Source: Candidatus Hydrogenedentota bacterium (GTDB lineage Bacteria; Hydrogenedentota; Hydrogenedentia; Hydrogenedentales; SLHB01). Taken from it: a stretch of 64,000 nucleotides of DNA. The stretch lies in the NCBI GenBank assembly GCA_963668025.2, contig CAXXTH010000017.1:1152001-1216000 (forward strand), in the 5' to 3' direction. Numbering within the stretch: position 1 is the stretch's first letter; every line of letters starts with the position of its first letter. The notes beneath the pieces were generated by a model, which was given only the letters and a program-made list of their open reading frames with translations, was not told the origin of the DNA and did no database searches. The translations under genes and the position numbers were made by a program. Positions 29,961-39,657 of the stretch are shown one piece after another.

Positions 29961-31025
29961 GTGAAGCTCAACGTAGGCGTCATTGGATGCGGCAATATCG
30001 CCCGGTTCCATTTTGATGGACTCGAACAGGCGGGCGCGCGGATTGCCTGGGTCTGTGATGTGGATGCGGAACGCGCCCGGGCCGTTGCCTCGAGGTTCAA
30101 TGCGCGCTGTACGCAATCATACCAAGATATGCTTCAGGATCCGGAAGTGGATGTGGTGGACATCGCCGCGCCCTCCTCGCTGCATCTTGAGGCTGGCCTT
30201 GCCGCCATCGAGGCCGGCAAGGCGGTTATCTGTGAGAAAACACTGGCGACTAATGCCGAAGATGCATTGGCTCTGGTCCAGCGGGCGCGGGATAAAGGCG
30301 TGATTCTGTATACGTCTTACATGAAGCGCTTCATCCCCGCCGTGGAGCGGCTCAAGGAATTGCTGCCACGAATCGGCCAGCCCATGAGCGCCTCGATTCG
30401 CTCCTACCAGCAATGGGGGGATTTATGGAGTGTGACACCGCAAGAAGGTTTCTTTCACACGCCGCCAGGCGGCGTGTCCGAGCTGGTGAACCGGTATGGC
30501 GGCGGCGTGCTGGTGTGCGGCGGCAGCCATCTGCTGGACCTAGTGAATTTCGTATTCGGCAGGCCTAAGCGCATTTACGCCCAGATGCATATCCCGGAAG
30601 GCCGTGACTACGATTTAACTGCGACCGCGATTCTCGACACGCCCGAGTGCCCCGTCCACTTTGAAGCCGTGGCCCATCCGTTGAAACATATTGGTTTCTT
30701 GCGCGATGGATGGGACGAACGATTGGAAGTATCGGGCACAAAAGGCCGGCTCGAGTTTTTCAGCGCTGCATGGGACCAATTCGAGCACAAGGCCTCCATG
30801 CTGGCGCATTATGATAATGAAACCGGCGCGTCCACCGAACATCGTTTCGCGCCCTGTTCGCCCTTTGCCCGCGCCTTGGCCTTCTTTTGCGAAAATATTG
30901 CCCGTGGCGAACAAGGAGCCCAGCCCGCCACGACCGGCTACGATGTGGATGAATGCATCGCCGCCATCACGCGCAGTGCGCGCGAGGGGCAAGCCGTGGA
31001 TGTCACCTATAGGATCGAGCCGTAA
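29961..31025 (+). CDS. Gfo/Idh/MocA family oxidoreductase
   Basis: VGVIGCGNIA, H…GKAVICEK, GGGVL…SHLLD. Confidence 0.9.
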   Translation: MKLNVGVIGCGNIARFHFDGLEQAGARIAWVCDVDAERARAVASRFNARCTQSYQDMLQDPEVDVVDIAAPSSLHLEAGLAAIEAGKAVICEKTLATNAEDALALVQRARDKGVILYTSYMKRFIPAVERLKELLPRIGQPMSASIRSYQQWGDLWSVTPQEGFFHTPPGGVSELVNRYGGGVLVCGGSHLLDLVNFVFGRPKRIYAQMHIPEGRDYDLTATAILDTPECPVHFEAVAHPLKHIGFLRDGWDERLEVSGTKGRLEFFSAAWDQFEHKASMLAHYDNETGASTEHRFAPCSPFARALAFFCENIARGEQGAQPATTGYDVDECIAAITRSAREGQAVDVTYRIEP

Positions 31026-32182
31026 TGATGGACGGAAAGCAGCGGATGCTCAATGCCTATCGCGGCGTGTTCAGCGACCGAATCCCGATAGCGCCCGAAT
31101 TGTGGTATTACTACCCCGCCAAACTGATGGGCGTGGATATGCTGGCGTTCCAGCGGGAAGTGCCGTTCCACCAAGCATTGAAAAATGCATTTGCCCATTT
31201 TGACTGCGAAGGCTGGGGGATTGCCTTTGGCGATAGCTTGGCCCCAGATGTGAAGCGGACCGTGAAAGAGACCTGGCGCAATCCAGACACGCTCGAAGTA
31301 TGCACCACTTTGCACGCGCCATCGGGAGACATCGAACAGCGGGAAGTTTATGCGCGCCACGAACCTTCCTGGCTCACCGAACGCTACATCAAAGATCCGG
31401 CGCGCGATTTGGATGTATTCCTGCATGCGTGCATGGCGGACCCCGAAAAAATGGATGTGTCCCCTTTCACGCGCGCCTGGGAGGAAATCGGCGATGCCTA
31501 TTTGCTCGAGGCTTGGCTTGGCGTGCCATTTTTTGATTTTTACGGGGGTAATCGCGAAGGCGGGCTCGAGGCCGCCGTCATGGACTTCTTCGTGCAAGAG
31601 CCTCTTTTTGAAGGTTTGCAGGAGCGATATACCGATTATATGGTCCGCTTGGCGCGCACGATTTGCGAGCGTACGCCGTTCGAGAGCCTGTGCATCGGCT
31701 GTTCATGGAGCTGTAACAGCTTGATTGGCCCGGAGATGTGGCGGCGGTGGGACAAGCCGGTCATCGCCGCCGTGGCGCAAGAAGCGCACCGCCACGGGCG
31801 TCTGCTCCATATCCATTTCCATGGGCGCTGCATCGAGACCGTGGCGGACTTCGCCGAGATGGGGATTGATTGCGTCTGCCCCTTCGAGCGCCCGCCCGGC
31901 GGCGATGTCGTGGGCCTGGACGGGCTTCGCCAAGTGGTGCGCCTGCTGGATGGCCATACCACGATGAACGGGAACATCCACACCGTCGAGACCCTCATTC
32001 GTGGAACCGAAGGAGATGTGCGCCGGGAAGTGCGCGAGGTGATGGAGGCCTTCAAGGGCAATCCCCGCGTGATTTTAGGTACGGGTGATCAAGTGGGGTA
32101 TGAAACGCCTGAAGAGAATATATACGCCCTAATCGACGAGGCCCGCCGACTGTCGCCGGAATGGCGCGGCGCGGGAAGCTAG
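31025..32182 (+). CDS. Uroporphyrinogen decarboxylase / MtaA-CmuA-like TIM-barrel protein
   Basis: DRIPIAP, SLIGPEMW, HIHFHG, PFERPPGGDV, GNI, ETPEENI; translationally coupled to the oxidoreductase. Confidence 0.8.
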   Translation: MMDGKQRMLNAYRGVFSDRIPIAPELWYYYPAKLMGVDMLAFQREVPFHQALKNAFAHFDCEGWGIAFGDSLAPDVKRTVKETWRNPDTLEVCTTLHAPSGDIEQREVYARHEPSWLTERYIKDPARDLDVFLHACMADPEKMDVSPFTRAWEEIGDAYLLEAWLGVPFFDFYGGNREGGLEAAVMDFFVQEPLFEGLQERYTDYMVRLARTICERTPFESLCIGCSWSCNSLIGPEMWRRWDKPVIAAVAQEAHRHGRLLHIHFHGRCIETVADFAEMGIDCVCPFERPPGGDVVGLDGLRQVVRLLDGHTTMNGNIHTVETLIRGTEGDVRREVREVMEAFKGNPRVILGTGDQVGYETPEENIYALIDEARRLSPEWRGAGS

Positions 32183-32192
32183 CGATATCTTC

Positions 32193-32726
32193 CTAGAGCC
32201 TGCCGGTTTCTTGATAGGCGTCATTGAGAGATTGCAAGGCGGAGAGAACGCCTTGCTTGTGCGCATGATATTCTTCTTTGAAAATTTTGCCAGCGGTTTT
32301 CCAATCAATGCTGGAGCCTTGGGTATGGTAGTCTGTATTCTCATCCACGGTGCTACCGGTAAGATGAAGCCCCCAAGTCTCGACATGCCACTTGGGAATC
32401 CAGTAAACAATGCGTTCACTTGGTTCTCGATGCGGATTTGCTTGCGAATCTAGCATCTGCCTGCGCTGGGCCACCGTTTGTTCATCGGCTTCCGTGCCTA
32501 GAAGCAACGCTCTGTTTCCGCCATATCTACGTAATATGACAATTTCACTTTGGCACTTCCTGTCTACATATTGTTTTCCAGATCCTTTGCCTTGTCTGGG
32601 ATAATCCGGTTCTACACGTATTTTATTTCGGTCAAACCCTAAAGCCTTCAGCGCTTGCCTGGCAAACTGCTCGAGCCGTTGGTCTTCGACAATTACCACG
32701 ATTTGTACGCCACTCTTTTTCCCCAT
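32193..32726 (-). CDS. TOPRIM-like / DUF4276-RloB-like partner of the ATPase
   Basis: IVVIVED, TEAD, IPKWHVETW; TAATG overlap with the ATPase stop. Confidence 0.6.
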   Translation of the reverse strand: MGKKSGVQIVVIVEDQRLEQFARQALKALGFDRNKIRVEPDYPRQGKGSGKQYVDRKCQSEIVILRRYGGNRALLLGTEADEQTVAQRRQMLDSQANPHREPSERIVYWIPKWHVETWGLHLTGSTVDENTDYHTQGSSIDWKTAGKIFKEEYHAHKQGVLSALQSLNDAYQETGRL

Positions 32727-33832
32727 TAATCTTCCCATCCCCTGGCGACGATTTCCGCGGGAGATATTCCGTCCGCTTCCCATTGAAAAGGCTTGATCCG
32801 GGCGTGGCCGTTCTCGCCGCGATACATACGCATGCCATTTTCGGCAGCCAAGGTGTTGATGAGTTCCGGGTGATGAGATATCAGGATGCATTGGCGTCCT
32901 TGTTCTTCAACCAAATCTCGAACGGCGGTCAGCCAAGGCTGGATTTCCCGCAAAGAGACATAATTATCCGGTTCGTCCCACAACAAACTGCACTCCTCAT
33001 TTTCTGCAAGAACAAGACTTGTGTAGAGAACCGTTAGGCAGCGCTGGCCATCGCTCAGACCATTGAATGGCACATCGAACGGCCTCTTGGACCCATTTTC
33101 TCCAAAATCAAACGTAAAAACGAGCTCCTTTGTCGAGCCTCCAATATCCTTAAGCCGCATCCCTTCAAAACCATCAAGCACGGGCTGCAATAACTCTTTG
33201 AGACGGACGGCGTATTCTGGCGTATTAAATAAATAGCGCAACCAGGAGACATAATGAGCAAGCCTGCAGTCTGGTTCCGCCTTTTCACTCTCCGAAATGC
33301 CACGCATATCCTGTGGAATGGGCGAGAATAGGTGGACATGCCGCAGCCGTTTGCGAAACCACGTCAAGCGTGTATTATCCTTGCGCTCGGGTATTGACTC
33401 AATGAGTGATTTGGACCAATCAATCGGGAAGTAGGAGCCTGCGGAACCGTCGTCTCGGAACAAGTGGGCCTCACTACCATCGAACTGATACAATAGAACA
33501 TCATTGTATTTAAGCTGTTCCTGTTTAATACGGTTGCGCCGATTGTCTTCGTGGTGTTCAATGATCAAGCCATAGGTATAACGCCCTTCGTTTCCGAGGA
33601 TGCCTAACTCGAATGTTTGTTCCGTGCGATTTCCTGTTGCGGTGCGGGTGTTCGAGGGAAACGCGGTTTCCGTCTTCATTGGTTCGGTGAGAAACGCCTG
33701 CAATGTTTTTATGACATCGAAAAGGCTGCTCTTGCCGGAGCCATTGTCGCCAAGAAGCAATGTCAAGACGCCTGGCTTCCATTCAAAATTCGTGAAGCAG
33801 CGGTAATTATCTATGTACAGATGGTCAATCAT
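32726..33832 (-). CDS. AAA_21 / AbiEii-like ABC-type ATPase
   Basis: IDNYRCF, Walker A GDNGSGKS, signature LSDGQ, Walker B LLWDEPDN, ISHHP. Confidence 0.85.
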   Translation of the reverse strand: MIDHLYIDNYRCFTNFEWKPGVLTLLLGDNGSGKSSLFDVIKTLQAFLTEPMKTETAFPSNTRTATGNRTEQTFELGILGNEGRYTYGLIIEHHEDNRRNRIKQEQLKYNDVLLYQFDGSEAHLFRDDGSAGSYFPIDWSKSLIESIPERKDNTRLTWFRKRLRHVHLFSPIPQDMRGISESEKAEPDCRLAHYVSWLRYLFNTPEYAVRLKELLQPVLDGFEGMRLKDIGGSTKELVFTFDFGENGSKRPFDVPFNGLSDGQRCLTVLYTSLVLAENEECSLLWDEPDNYVSLREIQPWLTAVRDLVEEQGRQCILISHHPELINTLAAENGMRMYRGENGHARIKPFQWEADGISPAEIVARGWED

Positions 33833-34083
33833 GCCGATATCCTTCTCTGCGACGCAAGCCTGTAAGCTCAATGCCGTATATAGCTTGTGCGAAGTATTAT
33901 GCCAATGCCATGGAATATGTGCAAAGCTATAGACAGATAGTTTTTTTACTGTTGTTTTCCCCTTTTGCCGTTGCTGTCATGCACTCGGTTCTCGGGTATC
34001 CGCCAGATCGACAATACGTTTCCGGCAGTATAAGATGGAGGCGTAACGACATCACGCCATACCAGGCTAAACAGGAGCGTGGC

Positions 34084-34587
34084 ATGCAAAAACCGAATCT
34101 GGTTCCCTTACAAGTGCTTGGCGTAAGCAGCGATGGCCGTTTTTCGCCGCTCGTGCTGCTGCATCATGAAGACCGTGTGCTGCCTATTCTGGTGGGCACG
34201 GCGGAGATGGACGCCATTCTGGCCGCTCTTACAGGCCGGGATCTGGGCCGTCCCATGACCCATGACCTTATCTGTAATCTTCTGGCCGGCCTGCGGGGCG
34301 AGCTCAAGAGTGTGGTGATCTACAAGCTCGAAGAGGAAACCTTCTACGCCCATCTCAACATCGAACAAAAAAACGCGGATGGCCAGGTCGAGCAAGTGCT
34401 GCGCATCGATTCGCGGCCCAGCGACGGCATCGCCATCGCGTGCCGGGTGCATTGTCCGATCTTCGCTTCCGAGCGCGTCATGGAGCAAGCCTCCGTGGAC
34501 CGTTCCATCATCAGCAATGCGGATGAAGAGGAGGAAGAAGGCCCCGAGGACGAGGGTGAAGATACTTCCGAGTTCGAGGAAGGCTGA
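34084..34587 (+). CDS. Bifunctional nuclease family protein (DUF151)
   Basis: LPILVG..E, RPMTHDL, IDSRPSDGIAIA. Confidence 0.9.
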   Translation: MQKPNLVPLQVLGVSSDGRFSPLVLLHHEDRVLPILVGTAEMDAILAALTGRDLGRPMTHDLICNLLAGLRGELKSVVIYKLEEETFYAHLNIEQKNADGQVEQVLRIDSRPSDGIAIACRVHCPIFASERVMEQASVDRSIISNADEEEEEGPEDEGEDTSEFEEG

Positions 34588-34659
34588 TGTTCCGAAGGTG
34601 CGGATTTTGAGACCACTAAATACGCTCAATACATACAGCAGCATAGCTGCAACCAAAGA

Positions 34660-34930
34660 TCCGGATTTTGCACCACGAATAAACGAAGGACACGAAGAAT
34701 TTCCACAGATGGCGCAGATGACACAGATGAAATCTAGAATTGATATCGTTTTACTTCGTGCTCTTCATGGTGGAAATCTGGTCTCTAACGAGTTGATGTA
34801 TATTGATTTACACAGAAAATCCATGCAAGGAAACATGATTTCGACAAATAGTAGCACCAAAATATTAAGAGGGATACTTTGTGACTCTGGTAACTCCGTT
34901 ATTAATTGCTCATCAGTGTCATCAGTGGAT
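34660..34930. repeat. Degenerate, roughly 9-bp-periodic inverted-repeat remnants
   Basis: CCACAGATGGCGCAGATGACACAGATG versus CATCAGTGTCATCAGTGG; CACGAATAAACGAAGGACACGAA versus TTCGTGCTCTTCATG. Confidence 0.5.
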
Positions 34931-34958
34931 CAGAATAGCTTCAAATTCTGAAGTGGTT

Positions 34959-34980
34959 GTAAGGTGGGGCTTGCCCCTCC
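34959..34980. repeat. REP-like palindrome, family 2
   Basis: GTAAGGTGGGGCTTGCCCCTCC; related to 36708 and 38993. Confidence 0.6.
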
Positions 34981-35006
34981 GTTCAAACAAGATCTGACAA
35001 TTTCTC

Positions 35007-35681
35007 ATGTTGAAAGAATCACTGGCCTCCAAGCGTTCGCGCGCCGCGCATATCTACGAACGATTGCGTGCGGCGTATCCTGATGCCTGTTGCAGTTTAG
35101 ACCATGGCAGCCCGCTCGAACTCCTGGTGGCCACCATTCTTGCCGCGCAATGCACGGACGAACGGGTCAACCAAGTCACCAAATCGCTTTTCCTCAAATA
35201 TCCGGACGCCCTGGCGTATGCCAGCGCACCCCAGGAAGCGCTTGAACAGGATATCCACTCTTGCGGTTTTTACCGAAACAAAGCCAAGAACATCCAGCAC
35301 ATGTGCCGGGCGCTTCTCGAACGCCACGGCGGGCAAGCGCCCGGAACGATGGAGGAATTGCTGAAACTCGGCGGCGTGGGCCGGAAGACGGCCAATGTGC
35401 TCTTGGGCGAATGCTTCGGCGTGCCCGGCATCATTGTGGACACCCATTGCGGGCGCATCGCCCGGCGGCTCGGGCTCACCATGGCGGAGGAGCCGGTAAA
35501 GGTCGAGCAGGATTTAATGAACCTTTTGCCCCGGGAAACGTGGACGGCTTTTTCCCATGGCATGGTGTTCCACGGCCGCGCCACGTGCCAGGCCCGCGCA
35601 CCTCGCTGCCCGCAATGCCCCGTCCGCGAATGGTGCCCTTTTCCCCACACGCCGGAGGGACGCACATTTGCCTCGGGATGA
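35007..35681 (+). CDS. nth: Endonuclease III
   Basis: LLVATILAAQCTD, HhH GVGRKTANV, VDTH, C-x6-C-x2-C-x5-C. Confidence 0.95.
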   Translation: MLKESLASKRSRAAHIYERLRAAYPDACCSLDHGSPLELLVATILAAQCTDERVNQVTKSLFLKYPDALAYASAPQEALEQDIHSCGFYRNKAKNIQHMCRALLERHGGQAPGTMEELLKLGGVGRKTANVLLGECFGVPGIIVDTHCGRIARRLGLTMAEEPVKVEQDLMNLLPRETWTAFSHGMVFHGRATCQARAPRCPQCPVREWCPFPHTPEGRTFASG

Positions 35682-35982
35682 CTCATTTCGCGATTTTGTG
35701 CTTGATCAGCTTGCATCCGTGCCCGGCGTACGTGCAAAGGCCATGTTTGGTGGGCATGGGGTGTATGCGGGCCCTTACTTTTTTGCGATCATCGCGGATG
35801 GGCGGTTGTTCTTCAAAGTGAGCGCGGAGTCGAAGAAAACATACGAGGTGTGGGGCATGGAGACATTCCGCACCGGAAAGTCCTATTATGAGGTGCCTTC
35901 CGATATTTTAGAAGATTCGGAGCAACTGGCGGAGTGGGCCGAAACCGCCATTCAAGCCGCACGCAAGGCTGTTGAAAAATGA
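35668..35982 (+). CDS. TfoX/Sxy N-terminal domain protein
   Basis: F..FVLDQL…KAMFGGHGVY…FAII..GRLFFK…SYYEVP; TTG start after GGAGG. Confidence 0.8.
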   Translation: MPRDDSFRDFVLDQLASVPGVRAKAMFGGHGVYAGPYFFAIIADGRLFFKVSAESKKTYEVWGMETFRTGKSYYEVPSDILEDSEQLAEWAETAIQAARKAVEK

Positions 35983-36698
35983 ACAGAAAACGCCCGCCGA
36001 TATGGCCGCTCATCGCCTTGCTGGCCTATGTGGCCGCCGTGCATGCGGTGGACACGATGGCCACGCTGGGCTTCCGCGAGCCCATTGCATGGCGGATGTT
36101 TCATTGGACCGCCTGGCCGGGCAGCGCCTTTTTGGCCGCCACCAATGGCGGGCGTGTCTATATGCAGCCTCCGCCCGTTGATCTGTTCAAGTTCGCGGCA
36201 TGGTTTATCTTGCCGTTTTGTTTCTGCCTGCCGTGCATGGATTGGGGCGCTCTCGGCGTCACACGGTGGCGGCGGATGGATTGGGGGCTGCTGGCGGGCC
36301 TGGCGGCCTTAGGGGCCTTGGCTGTCCTCGTGATCCTCGCCGTACCCGGATTGCGCGGATTTTATCCCTCGCTCGAAGGCGCGGCGGCGGGCGACAAAGC
36401 CTCCTACGCGCTTCATACGACGGCCTACACCTTGTCATGGCTCATGGGGTGGGAGTTCATCCACCGCTACGCGCTGCTGCGCGTCCTTGACGCCCGCTGG
36501 CCGCGCTACGGCTGGCTGCTCATCCCCGTCTATGAAGGGGCCTACCACCTCGTGAAACACCCCCTCGAAATGGCGGCCATGGTGGCGTTTTCACTGCTTC
36601 TTACGTATTGGGCCAAACGGCGGCGCAACGTACTCCTGCCTTTTCTCGCGCACCTGGCCGTGGAACTCGAACTGCTCGCCTTCATGGTGTTGGTGTGA
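35979..36698 (+). CDS. CPBP/CAAX-protease-like (Abi) membrane protein
   Basis: Multi-TM; WEF.HR, YH..K..LE and AH motifs. Confidence 0.65.
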   Translation: MNRKRPPIWPLIALLAYVAAVHAVDTMATLGFREPIAWRMFHWTAWPGSAFLAATNGGRVYMQPPPVDLFKFAAWFILPFCFCLPCMDWGALGVTRWRRMDWGLLAGLAALGALAVLVILAVPGLRGFYPSLEGAAAGDKASYALHTTAYTLSWLMGWEFIHRYALLRVLDARWPRYGWLLIPVYEGAYHLVKHPLEMAAMVAFSLLLTYWAKRRRNVLLPFLAHLAVELELLAFMVLV

Positions 36699-36707
36699 CG
36701 AGTTGGC

Positions 36708-36806
36708 GTAGGGTGGGGCTTGCCCCACCGCTGACTCTGGAAGCGTTTCAAGATTGCATGGCGCACGGATTGTAAATGATGCGTGGAGATATGAAGGCCG
36801 CCTCTA
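36708..36806. repeat. REP-like inverted pair, family 2
   Basis: GTAGGGTGGGGCTTGCCCCACC … GAAGGCCGCCTCTAC (GTAG on the opposite strand). Confidence 0.6.
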
Positions 36807-36832
36807 CAAAAGATCCTCAAGACAAATAGAGT

Positions 36833-36916
36833 CATCGCAGAGGCGCTGAGGACGCGGAGTTTCGCGGAGAGAATGCCTACTCCGCGCATCTCCGCGTCCT
36901 TAGCGTTCTCCGCGAT
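36833..36916. repeat. Roughly 9-bp-periodic long imperfect palindrome
   Basis: ATCGCAGAGGCGCTGAGGACGCGGAG…CTCCGCGTCCTTAGCGTTCTCCGCGAT. Confidence 0.65.
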
Positions 36917-37082
36917 TAAAAAGCTTTTTTCCCGATTCCAGCCTGGCCGCTGCTGCCCGAGCCTGATGCTACTGCAGAAAGAAACCTTGTTGCAGCTTGC
37001 AAATCATGTCCAAGAAAACAACTTTTACATCACCAAATAACTCGTCTCATTGTATCCAATCCTGAACCACGCAAGCCCCGCG

Positions 37083-37406
37083 TTACGCTTCTTCGCTGGG
37101 CGTAAGCGAAATGAAGATATCTTCGCCTTCGACTTTCACGCTATATTTGCGCAGGCGCAGGGAGTCGTGGGTGAGGCATTCGCCGGTGCGGATGTTGTAG
37201 GACCATTGGTGGCGGGGGCAGGTGGCGATGTCGCCCTCGATGCGGCCCGTGGTGAGGTCCCAGTTCTGGTGTTTGCAGGCGCATTCGATGCCGTAGAACG
37301 AGCCGTCCGCCTCGCGGAAAATAGCGACTTTTCTTGCGAGCAGCGTATAGCGGTTAAACCGCTTGCCCTCGAAATCCTTCACTTTGGCGATGCGGACGAA
37401 TTGCAT
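37083..37406 (-). CDS. Rieske (2Fe-2S) ferredoxin
   Basis: CKH … CPRH Rieske ligands; G.C motif. Confidence 0.88.
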   Translation of the reverse strand: MQFVRIAKVKDFEGKRFNRYTLLARKVAIFREADGSFYGIECACKHQNWDLTTGRIEGDIATCPRHQWSYNIRTGECLTHDSLRLRKYSVKVEGEDIFISLTPSEEA

Positions 37407-37422
37407 CGGGTTTCCCTGCGTG

Positions 37423-38970
37423 CTATTCCCACTCGATGGTGCCGGGGGGCTTCGAGGTGATGTCGTAGAGCACGCGGTTGATATGTTTCACTTCATTGCA
37501 GATGCGGTTAGCGGTGCGCTGGAGCACTTCGGGCGGAAAGCGGAACCAGTCGGCCGTCATGGCGTCCTCGCTCGTCACGGCGCGTAGCGAACAGACTTCC
37601 TCGTAGGTCCGTTCGTCGCCTTGGACGCCCACGCTGCGCACGGGCAGCAGGTCCACCAAGGCCTGCCAGATGTCATCGTAGAGCCCCGCGTTTTTGATCT
37701 CGTCGATGAAGATGGCGTCGGCCTCGCGCAGCGTGTCGAGCCGTTCCTTGAGCACCTCGCCGATGCAGCGCACGCCCAATCCCGGACCGGGGAAAGGGTG
37801 CCGTCCGACGATTTCCTCGGGCAGGCCTAGTTCACGGCCCAGCGCACGGACTTCATCTTTAAACAGTTCGCGCAATGGTTCGAGGAGCTGGAGATTCATC
37901 TGCTCGGGCAAGCCGCCCACATTGTGGTGGCTCTTGATGGTGGCGGATGGGCCGCCCGTGGCCGAGATGCTCTCGATGACATCCGGATACAGTGTGCCCT
38001 GTGCGAGAAAGTCCATATGCCCAAGGCGCTGGGCTTCTTCCTCGAATACCTCGATGAACACCTTTCCGATGGCCTTGCGCTTCAACTCGGGGTCCGTGAG
38101 GCCGCGCAAGGCGCTGAGGAAACGTTCTTCAGCATCCACATAGCGCAAGTCGATGTGGAAGTTATCGCGGAACACCTGTTGCACGAGTTCTTGTTCGCCC
38201 TTGCGCAGCAGGCCGTTATTAACGAAAACACAGGTAAGGCGGCTGCCGATAGCGCGGTGGATAAGGACCGCCGCGACGCTTGAATCCACGCCGCCGCTCA
38301 ATCCGCATACGACGCGCCCTTCGCCCACGGTGGCCTGAATACTCTGTATGGCCGTATCGACAAAAGAGCCCATATTCCAGTCCGCGCCGCAGCCGCAGAT
38401 GGTGTGAACGAAGTTCGAGAGGATATGGGCGCCTTGGGGCGTATGGACCACCTCGGGGTGGAATTGCACGCCGAAGAAGCGGAGCGGCGCATTCACGATG
38501 GCGGCATACGGGCAATTTTCCGTGCGCGCGATGGACTGGAATCCGGGCGGCATCTGCGAGATGGCGTCGCCATGGCTCATCCAGACTTGGGTGTTTTCAT
38601 CGACGCTGTCGAAAAATCCCGTCGAATCCTCATGGACAAGATGGGCGATGCCGTATTCGCGCTTCGTAGAGCGCTCGACCTTGCCTCCGAGCATGTGGGC
38701 GAACACTTGTACGCCGTAGCAGATGCCGAGTATCGGCACGCCCAGCTCAAAGACTTTGGGATCGGGCAGGGGGGAGCCGGGGGCATGGACGCTTGCCGGG
38801 CCTCCGCTGAAGATCAAGCCAGCGGGATTGTGTTTCTGGAGCGTGTCGATGGGCGTATTATACGGCAGAATGAGGCTGAAAACATTCGCCTCCCGCACCC
38901 GCCGGGCGATGAGCTTGCTGTATTGCGCCCCGAAATCGAGCACAATCACCGGCCTTGAAGAATGGTCCAT
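37423..38970 (-). CDS. guaA: GMP synthase (glutamine-hydrolysing)
   Basis: [45 protein letters not shown]. Confidence 0.98.
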   Translation of the reverse strand: MDHSSRPVIVLDFGAQYSKLIARRVREANVFSLILPYNTPIDTLQKHNPAGLIFSGGPASVHAPGSPLPDPKVFELGVPILGICYGVQVFAHMLGGKVERSTKREYGIAHLVHEDSTGFFDSVDENTQVWMSHGDAISQMPPGFQSIARTENCPYAAIVNAPLRFFGVQFHPEVVHTPQGAHILSNFVHTICGCGADWNMGSFVDTAIQSIQATVGEGRVVCGLSGGVDSSVAAVLIHRAIGSRLTCVFVNNGLLRKGEQELVQQVFRDNFHIDLRYVDAEERFLSALRGLTDPELKRKAIGKVFIEVFEEEAQRLGHMDFLAQGTLYPDVIESISATGGPSATIKSHHNVGGLPEQMNLQLLEPLRELFKDEVRALGRELGLPEEIVGRHPFPGPGLGVRCIGEVLKERLDTLREADAIFIDEIKNAGLYDDIWQALVDLLPVRSVGVQGDERTYEEVCSLRAVTSEDAMTADWFRFPPEVLQRTANRICNEVKHINRVLYDITSKPPGTIEWE

Positions 38971-39021
38971 TTATTACCTCACGTCCATCGGCGTAAGATG
39001 AGGCCTGCCCCACCCACAGCA

Positions 39022-39657
39022 CGAAGCAAGCCCACCTCTGCTACTATGCGAAGCGAAATCAATCCAATTCTCATACATGGGCGGGACGCCCATGCTACGC
39101 TAAACCCTACTGCTGCTCCGTGCCTTGAGCAGCACATCATGGGCGAAGCAAGCCCACCTCTGCTACTATGCGAAGCGAAATCAATCCAACTCTCATACAT
39201 GGGCGGGACGCCCATGCTACTCTAAACCCTGCTACTGCTCCGCTCCTTGAGCAGCACATCATGGGCGAAGCAAGCCCACCTCTGCTACTATGCGAAGCGA
39301 AATCAATCCAACTCTCATACATGGGCGGGACGCCCATGCTACTCTAAACCCTGCTACTGCTCCGCTCCTTGAGCAGCACATCATGGGCGAAGCAAGCCCA
39401 GCCCTGTTACTATGCGAAGCGAAATCAATCCAATTCTCATACATGGGCGGGACGCCCATGCTACTCTAAACCCTGCTACTGCTCCGCTCCTTGAGCAGCA
39501 CATCATGGGCGAAGCAAGCCCACCTCTGCTACTATGCGAAGCGAAATCAATCCAACTCTCATACATGGGCGGGACGCCCATGCTACTCTAAACCCTAGAC
39601 CCTAGACCCTACTACTGCTCCGTGCCCGCGTCACGTTCCTTGAGCAGCACATCATGC
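39022..39657. repeat. 122-bp tandem array (about 5 units) of REP-like palindromes plus a guaB 3'-end fragment
   Basis: Units start at 39022, 39144, 39266, 39388 and 39510; the last unit merges into the guaB stop region. Confidence 0.95.

Noticed and set aside
34379-34951. 190-aa ORF over the AT-rich region
   Set aside because: Overlaps DUF151 out of frame and translates periodic repeat remnants.
39022-39657. Possible CRISPR array, or repeated 66-aa ORFs
   Set aside because: Units are near-identical along their length with no unique spacers and no cas genes nearby; the ORFs are by-products of the repeat.
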